A DNA stretch of 50,754 bases, the filler included, from Sphacelaria rigidula (lineage: Eukaryota), in assembly GCA_964200075.2 (NCBI GenBank). It is 3 parts of 3 records of this genome, joined end to end, with 100 filler letters (N's around TTAATTAATTAA, not from the genome) between each part and the next. Parts side by side here need not be neighbours in the genome. Positions count along the whole stretch, not along the records: positions 33,906 to 50,754 come from CAXNAA020001236.1; 2 more parts are not named here. One strand, written 5' to 3'. Both the position numbers and the translations under genes were made by a program. Shown one piece after another: positions 38,701 through 47,700 of this stretch (position 1 is its first letter; each line of letters begins with the position of its first letter). The notes below the pieces were generated by a model that worked only from the letters and a program-made list of their open reading frames with translations, did no database searches and was not told the DNA's origin.

Positions 38701-41700
38701 GGCGGTCTCGACTGTTGAAGGCGAAACCCGCCCGGAACCATCATCCCGATAGGCTCATTCTCCGGTGACATGTCTCCATTGTCCAACAGAATCAGCGGGT
38801 TTTTCCCGTCGTCAGAGACACCTGGATGCTGTACAAGGAAGAGCGTTGGCGCAAACGAACACCATACGGAGACACATTCCTCGTGGTTACAAGGGTCAAA
38901 ATCTAGGGGTATTCACGACCAGAGAGCTATGCTGTGAGTCATAAGTCAGGTCTGCACGAAACACTTGTAGTGCTGTATCTACCGACCTACACAGTAAACC
39001 ACCCACACGCGCTGAAGCAAACGAGAATTGAAGCAAGTAAAAACAAGAAAAAACATCCCGTTTCCCGCCACCTTGTTCCCAGTTGTCTTCGTCTTCGTCC
39101 TCGCTGTCCTTGTCCTCGTCCTCATTGCAGATTCTTACCTGACGACCCGCTTGCACTTTCCGATTTCCAATTCTTATTTCCCCATTGAGTTCAGCACGAA
39201 TCCTTACCTGTAATTTCTCAATTTTCTAAAAACACGAGCCTGGGATTCTCACCTACCAAATTATCGACATCTGTCGCGCTCTGTATTGTGACAACAGACT
39301 CTGAAAGTACAGTGTCGTTCGTTATTGTGATACATATGGCAGCGCAGTGCAGAATAAGGCATTACCGTCACCGCAGGGTACGGCGTCAACACTTATTATC
39401 CGCTTGTCAAACCCCGAGCAAAGCTGCTTCAGCAGCTGGCGCGGGTAGGCACACCCTACGCTGTCACGACACCGTATTCAACTGCCGTTGCAAATATACC
39501 AAACGCCTCATACCCCATCACTGTACGTCAATCCACTTACGTCACCTCGAAGAAGTCGAGGAGAGGCACGATCTCGGAACGATTTTCCCTGATTAAAAAG
39601 AAAAAAAATCGGGAGAAATCGTTCCGAGATCGTGTCATCTCGATTTTTCCAAACTGGTATTATGTTAAACGCAGAGATGCTATGCGCATTGGTGCTGCGT
39701 CTGGCGCCTCTCCCGAGCTAAACTCGCCGGCAGGAGACTGTAACGTAGGCCACGTGGGCTTAACTGGCAAAGCAAGACAGGTCCACTTCTTCGTAGACCA
39801 CTGTATCTGGAGCTTTGGCACGTGGGCCGGAGGGGGCGCAGCTCACAAGACCCCAAGGTCCCGGGCGAGAGGTGAGGTGCAGTCTGAATACGAATGTCTC
39901 AGGCCGCCCGTCTACATACTTCGCTTGCCTGCACAGCACCTTCACCCTAAACCGCCCCGGATGCGAGGACTTCTAATCGCACAGCGATGGGACAAGCCTT
40001 CTAGGAAGCGAAGAAATGAGGTTCAGGGGGCCGAAACTTGTTCGCTCGTGTCGTCTATGCGGATTGCCTGTACAGCTCGGAACACAAGCGCGAGCGCCGA
40101 CGTTGCATCATACCAGACCGCAGCACATCATATTGCTGCCACGTGAACAATGCTCACAGGTCCCTATCCAACCCCCAAAACTTACTACCGGTTCGACCCC
40201 CGGCGTCACGTGTCCACTCTGCGGGTTGTACAGGCCGGAGGCACGGCGGGAGACAGAAACACGCTGCACCTTGTACTCCTCGCGTTGCTACCCGCAGCAA
40301 GGTGAGCGAGTTTAGTGCGTCGTCAAGCTGAGCTGTTGAAATAATCACAGTGCAGTACGGTAAGCTGGCGACGAAGCCGAACAAAACACGAGGGGGACCG
40401 TGCAGCATCGCTATGCTAACTTGTACCTCAGCCCCACGACGCACTTTTCGGTGGATCCTATATCACGGTGTTCGACACCCCCTCCGTTATGTGCCGCCGA
40501 CGCTATTCCGGACCGTAACGGACCGCCCCCACCCCCGCCTTTGCACCCGCTGTTCGCCCCTTCCTGCGGGGCACCTCTCCGCAGACACACGCCGAATATT
40601 CAGGCGCAGAACGTCGTTTCGGGCGCCCGTGAAAAGGTCTCGCCCACGTGTTCTACTACCGTACACTCCGTCGTTGTACCACGAACCTCTAGCACACAAC
40701 CCGAACCCCCCGCCGCCTCCATCTGCTCTTCAGGACTGAAAATGCCTTTCAGCAAGCAAAATAAATACATGAAAGCGATGCAAAAGATTGGAGCTGCCGC
40801 GGCAGAAAAGGGAGACGAGAAGCGCCATCAATTTCGGGCCCGGTGTTTCTGCAGGGTAGGGTCAGCGACAGGAGGGAGTTGCGGCAAAAGGTGAACCCTC
40901 TGAAGAGAAAGGGCGGCGAGCATTTTGGGCGCAACGGGGGTGAGTGCTCCCACTTGAGATTCTTGAGGTCATTGCCCTACACACAGGAGATATTTTGACA
41001 CAGTAGACAATTTGTGGGGGCTGAAGTGCCGATTTATAGCAACGGACACCCGGTGTGTTGTCAGCATTGATGCAACACCTGCCGCCAGCAACGAAAGACA
41101 AACACGATCCAACGTGTGTGCCATAGTGTCAAAATCACGACTTCAAACAGAGAAGTTTGCTCTTGGCGCTGCAAACACTGAGCGTTGCAGAATACTCCCC
41201 CGAAACCGTCATCGAAGTACAAATCCATGCGTGAACTCAACTTCCCGCGCTCCGACCGCACCGCCACCGGCCGCGCGATCCGCCTCCAGGCGCATCTGGT
41301 GTCGCTTGAATACTGCAAGGACCTGTACAACGATGTCCAGAAATCGCAAGCCCTTTAGGCGGTCCAGTACAACCTCGGCGTCAAGCGGGCGATGGTCCAA
41401 TCACTCCAGGAGTGCTTCGAGGGAACTGGAAAGCTACGGTCTCTTGATGAACGTGTGGACCATTTGAGGACTGTTTTCACCCCCAGTTACAACATCGGCT
41501 GGCGAAGAACGCGGGCGCCGTCAATGCAAACGACCAGGCGGTAACCCTGCGTCTTCGCACACGCTGACTCGCCAGCGAGCCCGACCCTAACGACCCCGAC
41601 GAAGAACATCGAGAGGATGTCGCGGTGTCGTTTAGTACGGTGGCGCGGTGACTGGAGAAGATCGGATACAACCGGCAGGAGTCCAAGCCAGGGTACCGTG

Positions 41701-44700
41701 TGACGCCGAAGCGCGGAAACGCGAATTCCTCATCGATTTCCAGAGGCCAACAAGAAAGAAGCCTCCGGGGAACATCTGATCTCCTTCATGGACGAGTCAT
41801 ATCTTAATGTGAGCCGCAGAACACAATCGTTGGGTTTCCTCGCCGCACAAAACCGATCAGTGGATCGTGCCAGGGCCGGGAAACGTATCATCTTCGTACA
41901 TACTTCGATTGCATGTACGATGATGATACGTTTCCCGGTCCTGGCGCTATTCACTTTCCGGTTTTGCCCGTCGAGGAGGGCCAGAGGTTGTGTTCTACGG
42001 GTCACGTGCGGATATGACTCGTCCATGAAGGCGATCAGATGTTCCCCGGAGGCTTATTTTTTGCTGCGCTCTGGAAAATCGATGAGGAATTCGCGTACCC
42101 TGGCTTTGACTCCTGCCGGTTGTATCCGACCTTCTCCAGCCACCGCGCCACCGTACTTCACGATACCGCGACGCCCTCCCGATGTTCTTCGTCGGGGTCG
42201 TTAGAGTCGGGCTCGCTGGCGAGTCAGCGTGTGCGAAGACGCAGGGTCACCGCCTGATCGGAAGCATCGACGGCGTCTGTCTTCTGACCAGCACAGGCGT
42301 GGTGGCCGGAGGCAAGAAAATGAACACGGTGGCGCCCGGGGAGGGGTCGCCGGTGGGGTAGAGGCGTTGCCGACCGTAAACGACGGTGGCTTCCCACCAG
42401 CAGCGACGACCGTCCTGGATGCGTTCTGAAGAGCAAAATCATGGGTACGAACGGGACGGTGAGGACCTCGGTCGGCGGTGGAGACGCCGGCGGTAGAGGC
42501 GGTGGTGGTGGAATCGCCAGTGGCGGCGGTGACGGCGCCATGGATGATGGGGATGCCCATCCCGGCGATGAAGGGCGGGCTGAAAACAGGGGCAAGATGG
42601 CGGACCGTCCGGGCCGTGGGGGGGGGCGGGGGGGGGGGAGCAAAGGGTGTAAAGACCGGCCACCAATGAAACGACGGGGGGCAGCGGTCGCGTGCAAGGT
42701 ATCCCGGAAGGAGAGCTGTTATCATAATCTTGCATGCCGAGTCCCAAGGCCGTTGACCCTGCATCCCTACAAAGCCGGGACGAAGCACGCCTGGTTTTCG
42801 CCGGACAGGGCTGGCACTCATCAAGCGCGAAGTGCCGTGATGTGTCCGGCAAGTCGCATGAGGGGTGAGCTGCATCCTGCTGAGATGGCTCGGCCCGCAG
42901 CGTATGAATTATTGTGTATTTGGACAAGCCTCGAATGACTCGCTTCATTTTCCGGGATCGCCGCTGCCAGCGACATGCACGGGTTCCACACTGCCTCGTG
43001 GATGTCTCACCATGTAGGCACTACGCAGTACGATCATCCCATATGCACGGAGTTGAGCTCCACCCCGCACAACATGATTCATCTTGATCGCCATCACGGT
43101 TACCGCAAAAAACGCAAGCGGAAAAAAAGAGTAATTTGGTTGCCTAGCTTACGCAGCGATTGGCATGTTTTACAGCTTCGTTGTAAACCGACGCTAGCCT
43201 TCAAAAGAAGAAGAATATATCCCGAATGGGAGAGGGTAGTGCGCAAACATCGATAGCCAAGCGGGAAAGAGGAAAGGTGCGCGCAACTCTGCCGGTGGAG
43301 CGGCGGGCGTTGGACGCGGCTCACGGTAATCCCGAAAGCACGACAAGGGTACCTACGCAGACGAGACGAAATGTACGGGGAGGAAGCAGAAGTGAGAGGA
43401 CAAGGCCAACTTCGCTTCCCGCGTCAAGATCGAGGAACTGGTCACAGCAGATATGCTGTGCAAACCCGTCAACAACTCACCGACCTCCGATCACCACAAG
43501 AACCTGGACGCCAACATGTTCTTGCAGTGGTTGGAGAAGTTGTTCCTGCCGACTTTCAGAAATATCTACCCCGGCAAACGGCCCATGTTGGTCGTCGATA
43601 ACGCCGCATACCATCATGGTATACCGCGCGGAAAGGCTGAGAGAGTCTCCTCGAAGATTCGAAGGAGGTCAGCGCCGTCAGGTTGAGAGTACTCGGCGTC
43701 GACCTTATCGACGCGCAGACGGACTTGGGCATCCGTCACTTCAACGTGCCGGGGAAAGGCCGGAAGTGGGCTCCAGCACAAGGCGGGCCCAGCAAGGAAC
43801 AGGTGGCTCTTGCCAGCTACCGGCTCATTAAAAGGCCCTCGCCGGAGAAGCTGATGGTGAGGTCGGAGGTGTTTTTTCAAGAAACGTGACGTCGGCTTCC
43901 TGCTGTTCACTTCGCCATGCCGCCCAGCGCTCCAGCCCATCGAGCCATTCTGGGCGCACGGCAAATGCTACGTCGGCCGCATATTGCAGTTGGGCCGGGC
44001 GATGGCGCAAGCCTGAGTGCAGCTACGCGAGGGGTGGTATGAGAGGACAAACGGCGGTATACTGAAGGGGGCTGCGGACTGTGGGAAACTGGTTGATCAC
44101 CGCTTGAGAAGTGCAGGGGAACATCGACAACAAGGAGAGCAAGGAGTACGGATTGGTGGAGGCGGAAGAGGACCTCTTGAACAACAATGACATCGACACC
44201 ATCGTCGATCTCCGCTGATGATTCCGCGGGAGGAGGGGAGGGGGGTGCTTGTGGCCGAGAGGGGTCGGTGTTCCGCTGTTTGCATCTGGGCGAACTACCG
44301 CTTGTAAGATGCCAGCGCTGTGCGTATATCTCGCGGCAGTTTGCAGGCATTGTTGCATCTGTTGAAGTTACTGGAGTGTTAATGCGAGAACACTTTACGT
44401 AGTTGTTGCTATTGTTCAATTGAGATGACGCTCAGGAGCACCTGCAATATTGACGGAGGATGCAGATATCGCATCATGGCTGTACCCATGATGCGTGTTG
44501 TTAACGCGCCGACGACATTAATGCCGCCAGTGTTGTATATGTACTGTAATTTCACTTGGGTGCTGAACGCCAGCTTCCATCCCAGAACACGGCTTTGAAC
44601 AGCAAATTGGGAGAAATATAGTGTGCATGAGCTGCATTGATTGTGCATGACCATTTGCACCTAAAACCGTGCTGCAGAGGGCGGTTTTTCTGATCTTGTT

Positions 44701-47700
44701 TCTGTTTTTGTGTTCCTCCCCCCTTTTTTTCGAGTACTGTCCTCTACTGTATGCTAATCCAGTTTGTTCGCTCGATCGTTATTTTGTTGTTCATTCATAT
44801 CCTTCCTCGGGTTTTGTTTCGGCGAGAGGTTTCGTTTTTGTGGCCTTCGGTATGAAAAAGCTGTGACCGCGACTGGATCCGTGCGGTTGGGTCGTGGGTT
44901 CAAATCTCGGAGCGATCTGGGATCTTCTCTCACACACTACCCAACAGTGGAGAGAGACCATGGGTACACGAAATTCGACTTTATGGTCGACGAGGGAAAG
45001 GACTGCTAGAGCCCGCTCGCGATAAAAGAGCAACGACAAGTACCGCAGAGGGAAGGTGGAGAATGAAACAAACAGAAGAGAAGAAACGCCCATGTCGGCC
45101 TTCTTCGTGTGTGACTCCGGCTGGTGCGCCCACACATACCGAAAGGTGTAGATCGGTGCCCAAAATAAATGAGACGACAACACACGCAACACACATGTGA
45201 TGTCTCATCACTTTGCCCGCGCCCTTGCTCTGCTGCGCGCTTACACGGTTGGGCCTGATAGCCTGCCTGTTATCCAGCGTTGCCGTCTCCTCATCGGGAA
45301 CGTCGGTCAGAGTATCTGCATCTGTCAGAGTATCAGCAAAGATAGGGCAGCAAACCCCGGCGCAACAGCGCCCATGAAAAGATTGTAACCAACGCCCGCG
45401 TTCGAAGGAGTGGGTCGCAGGCCAATCGTAGCAAACACCATATGTTTTCGGCTGAGCTTCACCCCTTCGGATGCGCTCCAGATGTCCGTAGCGAACACAG
45501 TCATCGATGTTTGCTTCCCTGCCAGCTAGGATGTGAGGATTGCGATAAGAGGGAAAAGGAAGAGGAAAAACACGGGGGCAAGGATATGAACGATTATTAT
45601 TTTATCACTATTTCATGACCTTCGTATTTCAATTTGTGTGTCGCTGGTGTAGAGATCAATGCCCGCACCACTGGTAATTTTTGCAAAAGTTCATCCGCAA
45701 ACATGACACATCCTCTACATACTTTTCTGTCCCATCCGTTTGGACCGAATTGTTCGTACGGGCCCCTAACCTCACCCGATCCTTTGTTTCGTTTTTTATT
45801 GCATTCTCTGGCGTTATTCGCGCTGGAAACCATTCATTTATTTTTGCAGTTTCCATTTTCACCATGCGGCCGAACCACCAGCATGAATCAGTCGGGCTCA
45901 AAATAGCCGTAGTTCGAACCTATTCCGGGCGCACAAAAGTGGAGACCCCGGTGAAAAAAGGCCAAAAACAAGTGTAAAGCTCTTCGCTTTAGGCAACTTC
46001 TTGCACAGAAGTTAGCTACACATCGTCCACAACCAAATTGATGAACGTTTCACTTGATTTTGCCTTCTTCATTTCCATCACGCGGTCGAAAGGCCGAAAT
46101 AGATCAAAAGCTCCCCAAATAGTCGTCTTTCGCCCCTATTCCGGGGCCAAAAAAAGATGAACCCGGTGAAGAAAGGATCGGACACGGTGAAGGGCCCGTA
46201 CAAAGAATTCAGTCCTAGGTCACGAAACAGAGGGGATACACCAATAAATCCACGTCTCGGGCAGTACACGACACTTCCGGTGTTGCCGTGCTACAACGTT
46301 CAGTGCTGTGATGTCTGTACATATATACTGTGCAGCAGAGGGCAGAATTTAGTTTAGTACAGCATAATGCAGTACTTGACAAGACAGCAGGCGGCATGCT
46401 ACAATTCTGCGCAAAGAGACATGGTACCTCTGCGGGCCGAGGGCACAGTTGACATGACATTCGGAACAGCAAGAGCTGCGCACACGAAGTGTGGAGCAGT
46501 ATTTCATGCGCACAGCACCGTATCTCTCCAACGAAATAGTTTTGCAACGCGCCGTGGATTACGGGGTATCACGCCCGCTTTGATCCTTTCCAACCCTTTG
46601 ACTGCTAGGGTTGGTGATCTGTTGAATCGGCATCATTCGCACTTGAAACATGAGGCCAATAATGCCGATTAAGCATGTTGCCTACCCTTGCGGTGAACGG
46701 TCAAAACTTGAAACAGATACTCCGTGTTAAGGACACCATGGAGAAAAAGTAAACAGAGCGTATCCACCGACACTGCTGCTGCCAGTGCGCACCGTGCAAC
46801 AGCCACGCGAGGAACGCACACCGCTCAATACGAGAACCAACATATCTCAAAGGTGGACAAATTAACCAAGCCATGTCAACAGCGTACAATACAGTTGAGG
46901 ATGCTACATCGGACCCCTAAAAGTGTCCGGGCTTTTCGGTGACACCATTCCGACATGAGACAACTCATCCATTTTACACCCTTTTTCTGGGATGCTCCGC
47001 TCGGGTACACTTGAGTTCATAGGCCACCCTTCTCATAGGTGAGTGCGTTCAGGCGACGCCCTTCCTGTTCACACGCTACATTCTCCTGCACACCATCCAC
47101 ACCCACCCTAAAGCTGTGACCTTGTCCTAGTGCTTTGAACGCGTGCCCTCTAAACCTGAAAAAAAAGTCATTTTCCGGCTTCGCGTGCTGATTGCGGGAC
47201 GTCCCTGGAAATTGCCACTGCTCTATGTGTGATGCATTCGAGTCTGAAGCACTCAGCGCAACAAATAGCGCTCGAATCGCATAGGTAGCCGTCCAGAACT
47301 GGGCGGGGAAAGTTGATCCCTCCACGGAGTATCCCCAGCAACGGGCCGTTTCCAATACAGTCCACTCCGCTTTGAGGACACATATGTCTTTGCTTTCCAA
47401 GTGTCTTTATTACCCCGGGAAAGTGGCATTGCGACTCAGGAGACCATAACTCACCATCCCCGGGGTGCATGGTGGCATGCTAAGGGTGAAATTAAGCGTC
47501 TTGGAGAGGGGCATCAGTGGGATAACACAAACACACAGGCAGCTTGCGGGCCACAGACCATGTTATGTTGCTGAATATAATAAGGGTTACTCGTATAACC
47601 AAGATGTTGTGTCGATTTATTTTATTCGTCGTGAATCTATGTGGCTGTTGCAGAGCTCTTACCGACTTCTGACCAGTCTACACAAGTACGACTCCTTTGC

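Larger units (their letters stand above)
41200..44215 (+). mobile_element. Decayed, rearranged IS630-Tc1-mariner transposase (Sailor/DD82E-like, ~DD114E)
   Basis: Across frameshifts and stops: wHTH-like VSFSTVAR*LEKIGY; first Asp FMDESY (41791); GKRIIFVH; DHHKNLDANMFLQWLEKLFLPTFRNIYPGKRPMLVVDNAAYHH (second Asp 43597); LFTSPCRPALQPIEPFWAHGKCYV (Glu 43942); QLREGWY. Interrupted at 41902-~43200 by an inverted copy and unrelated repeats. Confidence 0.85.

Noticed and set aside
44187..44402. Cys-containing ORF downstream of the transposase, considered as Fanzor/TnpB cargo
   Set aside because: Only 71 aa, with no RuvC motifs and no room for a nuclease; no support for an RNA-guided system.
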